Of a stretch of 64,000 bases of DNA, positions 1 to 9,602 are shown one piece after another. The notes under the pieces were generated by a model. That model did not search any database. It was given only the letters and a program-made list of their open reading frames with translations, and had not been told where the DNA came from. The position numbers were made by a program, and so were the translations under genes. Every line of letters begins with the position of its first letter. Positions within the stretch are counted from its first letter, which is position 1. Source of the DNA: Candidatus Latescibacterota bacterium (GTDB taxonomy: Bacteria > Latescibacterota > UBA2968 > UBA8231); contig CBDCDC010000002.1 in NCBI GenBank assembly GCA_965215195.1, positions 384,001 to 448,000 on the forward strand, given 5' to 3'.

Positions 1-603
1 TTCGCACAACGCTGGGATTTCTACCAGCCCGCCCTTTCTGAAGATGCGACGGCCCCCGCTTGGCAGCTACTATACGACGAGCAATCATCCCAGATCGTTC
101 TCGACGAAACCCATGAGGTCACGCTGATCCTGCGCTTGGGACATGCCGACACCGTGCGGATCAATGCGAAGCCCGGAACTACTCAGGCACAGGGAACTCA
201 GTATTTCTGGCTCAGCCGGGATTGCTACGACTTCTTTCCCCCTCTCACCATCCCGAATCGGCTCGGACACAAGAAAACGTACTCCTGCCGAATCGAGATG
301 GATTTCGTCGATCTTGGGCACAAAGAGGAAGTTCGAGTGACGTTTGAAGCCGAGAACAACCTCGACTTTCGTCTGGGCACCGGGCCGCTGCGCTATTCTG
401 GTCTGGTGCGAGTAGGGGATCTTGCCGCGATCTCCCGCGTAGGAGAAACCCGTTACGAGCTACGCCTCTATAGACAGGAGACCGCGGCTCATCAAGCCCT
501 TGCTCCTTACGCGATCAACTTCATAGGAAATCGAGGCAAGCAGTACGGATTCATATCCAATCAGGAGTTCCAGAGGACAATCAAGTCTTGCGGTGGTCGT
601 TGA
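1..603 (+). CDS. bfiIR: BfiI/BmrI-like type IIS restriction endonuclease, C-terminal DNA-binding part (5' end outside window)
   Basis: Frame 1 is open from base 1. Motifs GTQYFWLS..YDFFPPLTI.NR.G.K.TYS, RVTFEAENN.DFRLGTG.LRY and FIGNRGK.YG.ISN match my recollection of the R.BfiI C-terminal domain. Lower GC than the backbone. Confidence 0.8.
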   Translation, partial: FAQRWDFYQPALSEDATAPAWQLLYDEQSSQIVLDETHEVTLILRLGHADTVRINAKPGTTQAQGTQYFWLSRDCYDFFPPLTIPNRLGHKKTYSCRIEMDFVDLGHKEEVRVTFEAENNLDFRLGTGPLRYSGLVRVGDLAAISRVGETRYELRLYRQETAAHQALAPYAINFIGNRGKQYGFISNQEFQRTIKSCGGR

Positions 604-731
604 CTAAACTCATAACTGCATCCCTTTCGCTGCCTGAGAGCTATTTTTTAATGACCGCCCAACCTTCCGCGGGCGATTGACGCGGCGATTTTTATTTCCT
701 AGCTTTAACGCTTCTCCAAATTCACCTGTAC

Positions 732-1748
732 ATGCTCATGTCTTGGAATTTTGTCGTCAAAAGGGTCGCCCTTTTTCTGATCGTAGTGTGGGCCGCCGCG
801 AGCGTGAACTTCTTTGTGCCGCGGCTGGGTACGGGCCGCGATCCCATCCGCGAGAAGCTCGGCCAGCTAGCGGCCAGCGGGGGATTGCGCCAAGACGGCA
901 TTGAGGCCATGGTAAGGGCCTATCAGGCCAAGTTCGGCCTCGACAAGCCGCTCCACGTCCAATACTTCAACTTTCTCAGCGACACCTTTACGCTCGACTT
1001 GGGCTATTCGCTGGCCAACTATCCGGCCCGCGTCGGGCAGATCATCGGCAATGCCATTCCCTGGACCATTGGGCTGATGATCATTTCAGTGCTGCTCGGG
1101 TTTGCCTTGGGCACGCTCATGGGGGCGCTGTCGGCTTGGCCGACGGCACCGCGCCTTACGCGCAACCTAGCAGTGCCCATGATGACCCTGTCGGCGATTC
1201 CCCCCTATCTGCTGGGGCTGATCGTGCTCTACATATTGGGCCTCAAGCTGAACCTCTTTCCGCTTTCGGGTGGGTACTCGCCCGGCATGTTGGCGATCTT
1301 CAACCTCTCCTTTGCCCTCGACGTGTTGCACCACTCAATTCTGCCGGCGCTGGCCATTGTCTTGCAGCAGGTCGGCTTCTGGGCACTGGGGATGCGGGGG
1401 ATGATGGTCACGACCTCGGGCGAGGACTACATCACCCTCGCCGAGGCCAATGGCCTGCGCAACCGCACGATCTTCTTCCGCTTCGGCCTGCGCAATGCCC
1501 TGCTGCCGCAGCTAACGGCGCTGGGGCTGTCGCTGGCCAACGTGGTCGCCGGCCAAGTCATCGTCGAGGTGATCTTCGCCTATCCAGGGATCGGCACAGT
1601 GCTTTTTCAGGCCATCCAAGCCTCGGACTATACGGTCATCAACGGCGTGGTCCTGATTCTCATCCTATCCATCGGCTTGGTGACCCTGCTGATGGACTTC
1701 TTCTATCCGCTGCTCGACCCGCGGATTTCCCACAGCCGCCACCACTAG
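732..1748 (+). CDS. Peptide/nickel-type ABC transporter permease (OppB/DppB family)
   Basis: FGLDKPL..QYF..L....LDLGYSL N-terminal motif, EAA-like loop (DYITLAEANGL), LDPRI C-terminus. Confidence 0.92.
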   Translation: MLMSWNFVVKRVALFLIVVWAAASVNFFVPRLGTGRDPIREKLGQLAASGGLRQDGIEAMVRAYQAKFGLDKPLHVQYFNFLSDTFTLDLGYSLANYPARVGQIIGNAIPWTIGLMIISVLLGFALGTLMGALSAWPTAPRLTRNLAVPMMTLSAIPPYLLGLIVLYILGLKLNLFPLSGGYSPGMLAIFNLSFALDVLHHSILPALAIVLQQVGFWALGMRGMMVTTSGEDYITLAEANGLRNRTIFFRFGLRNALLPQLTALGLSLANVVAGQVIVEVIFAYPGIGTVLFQAIQASDYTVINGVVLILILSIGLVTLLMDFFYPLLDPRISHSRHH

Positions 1749-1750
1749 CC

Positions 1751-2608
1751 ATGCACCGCTTCGACCAAATTCTCTACTACTTGCGCGAAAGCCCGATGCT
1801 TGCGGCCGGCCTGTGCATGATCCTGTTGGTGGTGCTCTTCGGGGTCTTGGGGCCGCTCTTCGTCGATACCTCGCAGGCCCAGCCGCTGGCCACGCCGCCG
1901 CGGCAAGCGCCCTCGCTGGACCACCCCTTTGGCACTGACGACTCCGGCCGCGACCTCCTCGCGGTGATGGTGGTGGGGGTGCCGCTGACCATGCGGATTG
2001 GCCTGTTGGCCGGCACGGTGGGGTTGGGGCTGGGCATTTTCCTCGGCTTTACGAGCGGCTATATGGGCGGCAAAATAGACGCGGTCATCCGCGGGCTCGT
2101 GGATACGCTGCTGACCGTGCCCGGGCTCGTGGTGCTGGTCTCCATTGCCTCGACGATCCGCGAGGAAATCAGCGTCAACATCATGGCCTTGGTGGTGGCT
2201 TCGCTGGCGTGGATGTGGCCCACGCGCACGATTCGCTCGCAGGTCTTGACCATGCGCGAGCGGGCCTACGTGCAGATGGCCCAGCTCAACGGCATGAGCA
2301 ATGCCGAGATCATCTGGAAGGAACTTTTTCCCAATCTGCTGCCCTATCTCGCGGCCAATTTCACCAATGCTGTCAACTGGGCCATTCTCTCGTCGATCGG
2401 CTTGGAGGCCCTTGGCTTGGGGCCGCAGAACGATCCAACGGTCGGCATGACCATTTACTGGGCCATCACGTTCAGTGCGCTCATTCGCGGCATGTGGTGG
2501 TGGTGGGCCATTCCCATTCTCTTTATCGGCGTGATCTTCGTCGGCTTGTTGATGACGGCGGCCGGCTTAGACGAGCTGGCCAACCCCAAACAGCGCAAGG
2601 CCGTATGA
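1751..2608 (+). CDS. ABC transporter permease (OppC/DppC family)
   Basis: PSLDHPFGTDDSGRDL motif, EAA-like loop YVQMAQLNG; start taken at ATG 1751, just after the upstream stop. Confidence 0.92.
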   Translation: MHRFDQILYYLRESPMLAAGLCMILLVVLFGVLGPLFVDTSQAQPLATPPRQAPSLDHPFGTDDSGRDLLAVMVVGVPLTMRIGLLAGTVGLGLGIFLGFTSGYMGGKIDAVIRGLVDTLLTVPGLVVLVSIASTIREEISVNIMALVVASLAWMWPTRTIRSQVLTMRERAYVQMAQLNGMSNAEIIWKELFPNLLPYLAANFTNAVNWAILSSIGLEALGLGPQNDPTVGMTIYWAITFSALIRGMWWWWAIPILFIGVIFVGLLMTAAGLDELANPKQRKAV

Positions 2609-3612
2609 GCAGGGCCGACAAAGAGGTCCTGCTGGCCATTCGCGGCTTGGAGGTCCACTTCGAGACCCGGCGCGGCATTGCCCGCGCCGTCAACGAGGTT
2701 GATCTGACTCTGTACAAAGGCGAGCGTTTTGGCCTCGTCGGCGAATCCGGCAGCGGCAAGACCACGTTGATTTTGGCGCTGTTGCGGATGATCAAGACGC
2801 CGGGCCTCATCGCCGCTGGCAGCGCGACCTTAGACGACGGCACCGACTTGATCCAACTCAACCGCGAGCAGGTGCGGCAGGCCCGGCTCAAGCGGGTCGC
2901 GATGGTGCCGCAGGGCGCGATGAACTCGCTCAACCCGGTGATGCGGATCGGGGATCAACTGATGCTGACGATGCGCGAGCACGCAGTTGAGCAAGCCCCG
3001 CCGCCCAAGGCCGCGCAGGTGGAGCGCGCCATTGAGCTGTTGGCCAAGGTCGGGCTAAAGCCGGAAGTGGCCCGTCTCTACCCCCACGAATTGAGCGGCG
3101 GCATGAAGCAGCGGGCCTGCATTGCCCAGGCCATTTCGCTCAACCCGCAGCTTATCTTGGCCGACGAGCCGACCTCTGCCCTCGACGTGGTCGTGCAGCG
3201 GCAAATCATGCAGACCTTGCGCCAGCTACAGCACCAGCTCAATGCCACCGTGCTCTTGGTGGGCCACGACATGGGCCTGATGGCGCAGTTCGCCGAGCGC
3301 GTGGGCATCATGTACGGCGGCAAATTGGTCGAGGTGGGCCGGGTCGAGGAGATTTTTCACAACCCGCAACACCCCTATACCCAGCTCTTGATTGCCAGCA
3401 TTCCCTCGTTTGAGACCAAGGGCGAGTTCAAGGGCATTCCCGGGGTCGCGCTGTCGCTGCTGGACCCGCCATCGGGCTGCCTCTTCCACCCGCGCTGCCC
3501 CCAAGCCATGCCCCAGTGCAGCCAACGCGCACCCGTCCTGCAAACGGTCGCCCCGGACCACTTAGCGTCGTGTTTGTTGCACGAGGAGGACGCCGATGCC
3601 CCCGCTTCTTGA
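2605..3612 (+). CDS. ABC transporter ATP-binding subunit (OppD/DppD family)
   Basis: Walker A GESGSGKT, signature LSGGMKQR, ADEPTSALD, HPYT and GC.FHPRC tail; ATGA overlap at 2605-2608. Confidence 0.95.
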   Translation: MSRADKEVLLAIRGLEVHFETRRGIARAVNEVDLTLYKGERFGLVGESGSGKTTLILALLRMIKTPGLIAAGSATLDDGTDLIQLNREQVRQARLKRVAMVPQGAMNSLNPVMRIGDQLMLTMREHAVEQAPPPKAAQVERAIELLAKVGLKPEVARLYPHELSGGMKQRACIAQAISLNPQLILADEPTSALDVVVQRQIMQTLRQLQHQLNATVLLVGHDMGLMAQFAERVGIMYGGKLVEVGRVEEIFHNPQHPYTQLLIASIPSFETKGEFKGIPGVALSLLDPPSGCLFHPRCPQAMPQCSQRAPVLQTVAPDHLASCLLHEEDADAPAS

Positions 3613-4651
3613 GGCGCGCCATCTGCGCAAGGTTTTCCGCAGCGGCGGCCAGCGCTTCGGCCCCAGTACCGAGACTGTAGCTGTTGACGATTTTTCCCTG
3701 TCGATTGACGCTGACCGGCCCTCCTTTACCACGATTGCCGGCGAGTCCGGCAGCGGCAAGACCACAATCGCCCGCATGTTGCTCGGGGTGCTCGCCCCCA
3801 GCGCCGGCGAGGTGCTCTACCAAGGCCGCGATGTACACCACCTGCAAAAGGAGGAGCGGCGGCAATTTCGCAAGGACGTACAGGCTATTTTTCAAGACCC
3901 CTTTGAGGTGTACAATCCCTTCTACAAGATCGATCACATCCTGACGACGCCGGTGCGGAAGTTCGGGTTGGCCGCGTCCAAGGCCGATGCGTACGACAAG
4001 ATCCGCGAGGCCCTGCGCGCGGTTGGGCTGCGGCCCGAGGAAACGTTGGGTCGCTATCCGCACCAGCTTTCGGGCGGGCAGCGCCAGCGCATCACCATTG
4101 CGCGTGCGCTCTTGCTCAAGCCCAAGTTGATCATCGCCGACGAGCCAGTGTCCATGGTCGATGCCTCGCTACGCGCTACCATTCTCTCCACTCTGCACGC
4201 GCTGTATCGCAACTTTGGCATTTCCTTCATCTACATCACTCACGACCTGACGACCGCGTACCAAGTCAGCGAGAACATCGTCATCCTGTTCCACGGGGCC
4301 GTAGCCGAGGCTGGCCACACCGAGAAGGTGATCAAGGACCCGCAGCATCCCTATACGCGCGAGCTAATTCACTCAATTCCCGTGCCCGAGCCGGGGCGCG
4401 AGTGGATCGACGAAGCGGTGGAAGAAAAGGAAGTAGTTGATATAGAGGATATAGAGGCCGAAGAGATGGCTACTGGCTGCCGCTACGTGCTGCGCTGTCC
4501 TCAAGCCATGGCCCAGTGTGCGGCCGCGCCGCCGTTTTATCGACCAGAAGCCGAGCGGGCAGTGGCTTGTTTTCTGCACGCTGAGTCGCCGGTGTTGGAA
4601 AGCGGCGATCTAAACGAAGTGTTCTCGGCTGCGGCCGACGCGCAGAAATGA
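3596..4651 (+). CDS. ABC transporter ATP-binding subunit (OppF/DppF family)
   Basis: GESGSGKT, IFQDP, LSGGQRQR, ADEPVSMVD, HPYT motifs. Confidence 0.95.
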   Translation: MPPLLEARHLRKVFRSGGQRFGPSTETVAVDDFSLSIDADRPSFTTIAGESGSGKTTIARMLLGVLAPSAGEVLYQGRDVHHLQKEERRQFRKDVQAIFQDPFEVYNPFYKIDHILTTPVRKFGLAASKADAYDKIREALRAVGLRPEETLGRYPHQLSGGQRQRITIARALLLKPKLIIADEPVSMVDASLRATILSTLHALYRNFGISFIYITHDLTTAYQVSENIVILFHGAVAEAGHTEKVIKDPQHPYTRELIHSIPVPEPGREWIDEAVEEKEVVDIEDIEAEEMATGCRYVLRCPQAMAQCAAAPPFYRPEAERAVACFLHAESPVLESGDLNEVFSAAADAQK

Positions 4652-4668
4652 TTTTTCGGAGGAATGCT

Positions 4669-6399
4669 ATGCGGGGTCTGTTGTTGTGCTTGGTGGGGGT
4701 GCTGTTGGTCGGCTGTGGAGACCGGGGGCACGAGAACGTGCCGCGGAGCCGCACCTTGATCATGGACTGTTCCAGCTTGCAGGATTGTAGCGGGCAGATC
4801 AAGGATTACAACTCGTTTAACCCGTTTTTGCTGACCGGCGTTTCCAAGACGGGTTGGAACTTCCAGTACGAGCCGCTGTATTTCTACAACGCCTACAGCC
4901 CGCAAGCCGACAACATCATTCCTTGGATCGCCACCGGGCACGAGTACAACGAAGACTATACCGCGATCACCATCCACATCCGCGAGGGGGTCGAGTGGAG
5001 CGATGGGCAGCCGTGGACCGCGCACGACTTGGTCTTTACGATCAACATGCTCAAGGACCACGCGCCGCATCTGTCTTTTTCCACCGACATGCAGACGTGG
5101 GTACAGAGCGCGGTGGCCAGCGACGCCCACACGGCCCAAATCGCGCTGACCAAGCCCAATCCGCGCTTTGTCTTTAGCTACTTCACCAACAACTTCGACA
5201 ACGGCATTCCCATTGTACCCAAGCACATTTGGGAGGGCCAAGACCCGCAGACGTTCAACAACTTCGACCCGCAAAAAGGCTGGCCCGTGGCCAGCGGCCC
5301 GTACGAGATTTTCATTTCCGTGCCCGCGCAGCGGGTGTGGGATTTGCGCCCGGGCTGGTGGGCGCAGAAGACGGGCTTTCGCCAGCCCCCGGCCGTGGAG
5401 CGCATCATCTACCTGACGCACATGGAGGAGACCAAGCGGGTGCAGAACTTGATCTCCAATGCCATGGACACCTGCCTCGACATCCGGCCGCCGAACATGC
5501 AATCGATTCTCGACGCCAATCCCAACGTTTCTACGTGGACCGGGCGCGCACTGCCGCACGGGTATCTCGACTGGTGGCCGGTGTGCTTGGGGTTCAACAA
5601 CTTGGAGCCGCCGTTTGACGACCCGGCGATCCGCCGCGCCATCAACTACGCCATTGACCGCGACCAGTTGGTAGCCATTGGCTGGCAGGGGGCCGGGACC
5701 AAATCGCATCTGCCGCTGCCGGACTTTCCGCCCCTGCGCCAATACACCGACTCGATCCAAGACTTGGTGGAAAAGTACGAGGTCGGCGTCCACGCCCCGG
5801 CCAAGGCTGCGGCGATTATGGAGCGCAAGGGGTGGACTAAGGACGCCGAGGGCTTCTGGATCAAAGAGGGCGAGCGGCTCAAAATTGTCATCGACATTTT
5901 CGATATTTTTACGGACTTAGCGCCGGTCTTGGTGGCGCAGTTGGAGCGGGCGGGTTTTGACGCGGACTTCCGCATGACGCCCGATGCGTTTTCGCGGATG
6001 GCGCAGGGCACGGCGCGGGCCTTTTTGATGGGCAACGGCGCGAGCGTACGCGATCCGTACTTCACCTTGCGGCTCTATCACAGCCGCTTCGTCCGGCCCA
6101 CCGGTACGCACTCCGAGCGGTTTTGGCGCTGGTCGAACCCGGCGTTTGACGCCCTAGTCGATCGGATGGGGCAGACCGCGCCCGACGACCCGGCGCTAAA
6201 AATGCTCTTTCGCGAGGCCATGGAAATCTGGCTGGCCGAGCTGCCTTCCATTCCCATCGTGCAGTGGTATCACCGCATCCCGCACAACCAGACCTATTGG
6301 AAGAACTGGCCGTCGGCGCAAAATCCCTATATCAACAGTGCCTACTGGCACAACACGTGGCTGTTGGTGTTGCTCGGGCTGGAGCCGGTGGCGGGGTAA
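4669..6399 (+). CDS. ABC transporter substrate-binding lipoprotein (SBP family 5)
   Basis: GGAGG RBS before ATG 4669, lipobox LLVGC, IREGVEWSDG.P.TA.D..FT and PFDDPAIRRAINYAIDR motifs. Confidence 0.92.
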   Translation: MRGLLLCLVGVLLVGCGDRGHENVPRSRTLIMDCSSLQDCSGQIKDYNSFNPFLLTGVSKTGWNFQYEPLYFYNAYSPQADNIIPWIATGHEYNEDYTAITIHIREGVEWSDGQPWTAHDLVFTINMLKDHAPHLSFSTDMQTWVQSAVASDAHTAQIALTKPNPRFVFSYFTNNFDNGIPIVPKHIWEGQDPQTFNNFDPQKGWPVASGPYEIFISVPAQRVWDLRPGWWAQKTGFRQPPAVERIIYLTHMEETKRVQNLISNAMDTCLDIRPPNMQSILDANPNVSTWTGRALPHGYLDWWPVCLGFNNLEPPFDDPAIRRAINYAIDRDQLVAIGWQGAGTKSHLPLPDFPPLRQYTDSIQDLVEKYEVGVHAPAKAAAIMERKGWTKDAEGFWIKEGERLKIVIDIFDIFTDLAPVLVAQLERAGFDADFRMTPDAFSRMAQGTARAFLMGNGASVRDPYFTLRLYHSRFVRPTGTHSERFWRWSNPAFDALVDRMGQTAPDDPALKMLFREAMEIWLAELPSIPIVQWYHRIPHNQTYWKNWPSAQNPYINSAYWHNTWLLVLLGLEPVAG

Positions 6400-6404
6400 A
6401 CGCT

Positions 6405-6613
6405 ATAAAGGAGGTCAAGTTCGTTGGTTCCTCTCAACGACCTCCGCGCCTTTCCAAAAGCTCCACGCCAAGATATGGGTCGCCCAAGGGCTTGATCCGC
6501 ATGACTGGAGGCCCATGCGGAGTGTGGGCCGCGGTGTTCGCGAGATTCGTATTCTCGATGAGGGCAATAACTACCGCTGCATGTACGTGACGAACATTGG
6601 CGATGCCGTCTGA
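6405..6613 (+). pseudogene. Degraded RelE/HigB-type (Gp49/DUF891-like) toxin
   Basis: Three frames piece together (I)KEVKFVGSS / LNDLRAFPKAPRQDMGR / QGLDPHDWRPMRSVGRGVREIRILDEGNNYRCMYV. Start codon reads ATA and the C-terminus is missing. Confidence 0.75.
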
Positions 6614-6860
6614 CAGCCCCGCAGAAGCGGCTAACCTCAAGCTCCGTTCTCTGCTAATGGATGCTATAAAGTCGTACATTGACCAAGAGAAACTCACTCA
6701 GGAAGAGGCGGCCAAATGGCTTGGTGTGACGCGATCGCGTGTGAGTGAACTCGTCAATGGCCGAATCAGCAAATTCACCATTGACAAGCTAGTGGCCGCA
6801 CGAGTTGGGCTGACTACTCGGATTACTGTCAAGAGGGAAGAAGTCGTAGAGGTAGGATAA
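6603..6860 (+). CDS. XRE/HigA-type HTH antitoxin (N-terminus probably truncated)
   Basis: EAANLKLRS.LM..I, LTQEEAA.WLGVTRSRVSEL.NGRISKFTIDKL HTH; directly follows the toxin remnant. Confidence 0.8.
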   Translation: MPSDSPAEAANLKLRSLLMDAIKSYIDQEKLTQEEAAKWLGVTRSRVSELVNGRISKFTIDKLVAARVGLTTRITVKREEVVEVG

Positions 6861-6873
6861 AAGGAGAAGCACC

Positions 6874-7740
6874 ATGCGCTATCGGCGATTTGGGCGCACG
6901 GAATTGCAAGTGAGCGCGGTCAGCTTGGGTGGGGCTTACTTGGGGGGCAAGGATCCAGAGCGCGCCGAAGAAAACGCTCGGGCGATTGTGCAGTGCGCGT
7001 TGGATTTGGGCTGCAATTACATCGACACAGCACCGCTCTACGGGGTGAGCGAAGAACTGCTGGGCAAGGCGCTGGCAGGGGAGCGCCGCCCCTTTTACTT
7101 GGCGACCAAGGTGGGGTTTAGGCCGGAAGGATTTGACTACCGGCGCGATTCGGTCTTGCAGAGCTTGGAGCGCAGCTTGGCCTTGTTGGGCCTAACTAAG
7201 CTCGCGGTGGCGCAGATCCACGAGGTGAACATGGCGGGCTGGGAGCGGATCGTGGAAAAGGGCGGGACGTTGGAGGGCTTGCGCGCCGCGCAAAAACAGG
7301 GGTTGTGCGATTTTATCGGCGCGACGGGCCGGGCCATCCCCCTGTTGGCACAGCTAGCGGCGACTGGAGAATTTGATACGGTCCTGTGCTACCACGACTA
7401 CCATCCCTGTGTGCAGTTAGCCGCGGAGGCCGTCTTGCCGGCCGCCGCGCAAAGCGATATGGGCGTGGTGCTGGCGACGGTGTTAGCTGGGGGTATGTAC
7501 GTCGCTGGCAAGGGCCAGTGCGCGGCGGTGGAGCGTCGATTTGAGCGCGAGGAAGAGCGACAGCGGGCTTGGGCGACGATCGCCCGGCTGGCGCAGGAGG
7601 AATCCACCTTGCCGCAGAGCGCGTTCCGCTGGGTCTTGGCCGACGAGCGGGTCTCGACCGTGGCCAGCGGCGCGGCGAGCGTGGCCGAGCTAGCGGAAGT
7701 GGCGCAGGCTGGGGATATGGTGCCGCTGGAGCGTGAATAG
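6874..7740 (+). CDS. Aldo/keto reductase
   Basis: MRYRRFGRT.L.VS, IDTAPLYG.SE, ATKVG motifs; AGGAG RBS. Confidence 0.9.
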   Translation: MRYRRFGRTELQVSAVSLGGAYLGGKDPERAEENARAIVQCALDLGCNYIDTAPLYGVSEELLGKALAGERRPFYLATKVGFRPEGFDYRRDSVLQSLERSLALLGLTKLAVAQIHEVNMAGWERIVEKGGTLEGLRAAQKQGLCDFIGATGRAIPLLAQLAATGEFDTVLCYHDYHPCVQLAAEAVLPAAAQSDMGVVLATVLAGGMYVAGKGQCAAVERRFEREEERQRAWATIARLAQEESTLPQSAFRWVLADERVSTVASGAASVAELAEVAQAGDMVPLERE

Positions 7741-7753
7741 GCCGCGGTCGCGC

Positions 7754-8155
7754 TCAGAGCTTGATGACGGCGATGAGGACGCCGGTGATGGCCACCAACG
7801 TGCCCATCATCCACAGGAAATAGGTGTCCATGCGCTTGTGGACGGCGCGGATCTGCTCGCTCAATAAGCGATTGGTCTCGTCAATGCGCTTGTTGGTCTC
7901 TTTGAGACCGTCATTGAATAAGCGGTTGGTCTCGTCGATGCGCTTGTGGACGACTCCTATTTCGGTGTGTAGGGCTTGAATGTCGTGGGTGCGCAGGGCT
8001 TGAATGTCATTGTGTGATTGGATGCGCAGGGCTTGAATGTCGTTGTGTGATTGGATGCGCAGGGCTTAGATGTCGTCGTGCAGATAGCTAATGCTCCAAG
8101 GCATTTCTTCGGGGATGGGGATCGCACGGGTTTGCGGATCGGTGCTCTCGCTCAT
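7754..8155 (-). pseudogene. Coiled-coil, C-terminally membrane-anchored protein (CCDC90/DUF1640-like), nonsense-mutated paralog of 32555..33019
   Basis: Hand translation: MSESTDPQTRAIPIPEEMPWSISYLHDDI*ALRIQSHNDIQALR...KRIDETNR...YFLWMMGTLVAITGVLIAVIKL*. In-frame TAA at 8066-8068 where later repeat units have CAA; AGGAG RBS upstream. Confidence 0.85.
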
Positions 8156-8319
8156 GGCCGGGCTCCTAAGTTAGGCGAGGATGGGACAAATATAAACCGA
8201 GTGCTAAAAACCACATGTACATACTGCAATATCCATGCCAGCACCCATAGTCTGACAAAGCGGCTTGTGCTCGGCGCAAACTGTGTCCAACAATACCCAT
8301 CAGTGGATACCTCTCGACA

Positions 8320-9372
8320 TTAAATCCAGCCGTGCTGGCCGGTCACAGGCGCGCCAGAAATCTGGGTTTGCCAATGCGGGCCGCGGCCTATTTTGACCTC
8401 GCGCCGGGTGAGGGACGAGGCTTCGGCCGCGAAGAGGATTTCCATGATGTGTCGCCCGTATTGGCCGTGGGTCGGCGGCTCGATGTTGAGCGCGATGGCC
8501 TCGGCAAAGCTCTTCCACTCGTGGTACATCTCGGTCGGCGCGTCCGCAAACGGGACGTCTTCCCACGCATCGCCGCGGCCTATTTTGACGTACTTCTCGC
8601 CGTGCTGGCTGAAGCGCAGTGAGCCGTTGGCGCAAATCACTTGGCATTCAAAATTCGGCGCTCCGTCGGCGTACCCCACGGCCACGGCCGTGCCGGCGAG
8701 GCCGTTCTTGTAGCGAATAAAGGCCGTGGCCGAATCGTCGCCGGCTTGGTAGTGAGCGCGGGTGCCAATGGCGGCCGAGACCGACGCAGCTTGCGAAGCC
8801 ATCACCCACGTGAGCCGATCGACGACGTGGACCCCATTGGTCAACCACATGCCGCCGCCGTGAAAGCGGCTGCGGTACTGGGGCCGGCGGCCAGCGAAAT
8901 TCCAGTTTTTCGCCATGTAGCTGACAGCCGTAATCACCGGGCCGAGCTGGCCGGAGTCGAGAATTTCCTTGGCCTTGAGGCTGGTGCTGTAAAAGTGCTG
9001 CGACAGCCCGACCATCAGCTTGACCTTGTTTTCCGCGGCCGCGGCGACCATGGCGTCGCATTGCGCTAGGCTGATGGCCATGGGCTTTTCCACGAGTACG
9101 TGCTTGCCGGCGCGGCAGGCGTCGATGGTGAGCTGGTGGTGCAACTGGTGCCCGAGCACGATGGCGACTGCGTCGACGTCGGCATCCGCCAAGAGTTCGT
9201 GGTGCGTTGGATAGCCCTTGGGGATGTGGTACTGGTCCATGTACTCGCGCCGCTTCTCCTCGAATAGATCGGCGACTGCTACTACTTCTACTGGGTCGAG
9301 ATGGGCGATTGCATCGCAGTGGGAGCGGGCGATGCCGCCGAGGCCAATGATGCCTACTTTGAGCGCTGCCAT
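8320..9372 (-). CDS. Gfo/Idh/MocA family oxidoreductase
   Basis: KVGIIGLGGIA Rossmann motif, GKHVLVEKPMA, GGGMWLTNGVH. Confidence 0.92.
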   Translation of the reverse strand: MAALKVGIIGLGGIARSHCDAIAHLDPVEVVAVADLFEEKRREYMDQYHIPKGYPTHHELLADADVDAVAIVLGHQLHHQLTIDACRAGKHVLVEKPMAISLAQCDAMVAAAAENKVKLMVGLSQHFYSTSLKAKEILDSGQLGPVITAVSYMAKNWNFAGRRPQYRSRFHGGGMWLTNGVHVVDRLTWVMASQAASVSAAIGTRAHYQAGDDSATAFIRYKNGLAGTAVAVGYADGAPNFECQVICANGSLRFSQHGEKYVKIGRGDAWEDVPFADAPTEMYHEWKSFAEAIALNIEPPTHGQYGRHIMEILFAAEASSLTRREVKIGRGPHWQTQISGAPVTGQHGWI

Positions 9373-9602
9373 AGAGCGTCCTTTTGTGAATGAGGGTGCG
9401 CTAAGTATAGAATGCGGCTTGCGCAGCGACAAATGGCCGCGCATTTGCGCCGAGATACACAATGTCCTAAGATGCTCTAAGCAGCCGTCTTAACACCCCC
9501 GGCGACTATTGGTTAGTGGCCAATGGCCAGTGATTAGTGGTGTCCCGCACCACAGGGTCGAGGATGGGTTGCGACCTAACCACTATCTACTAACCACTTC
9601 TA

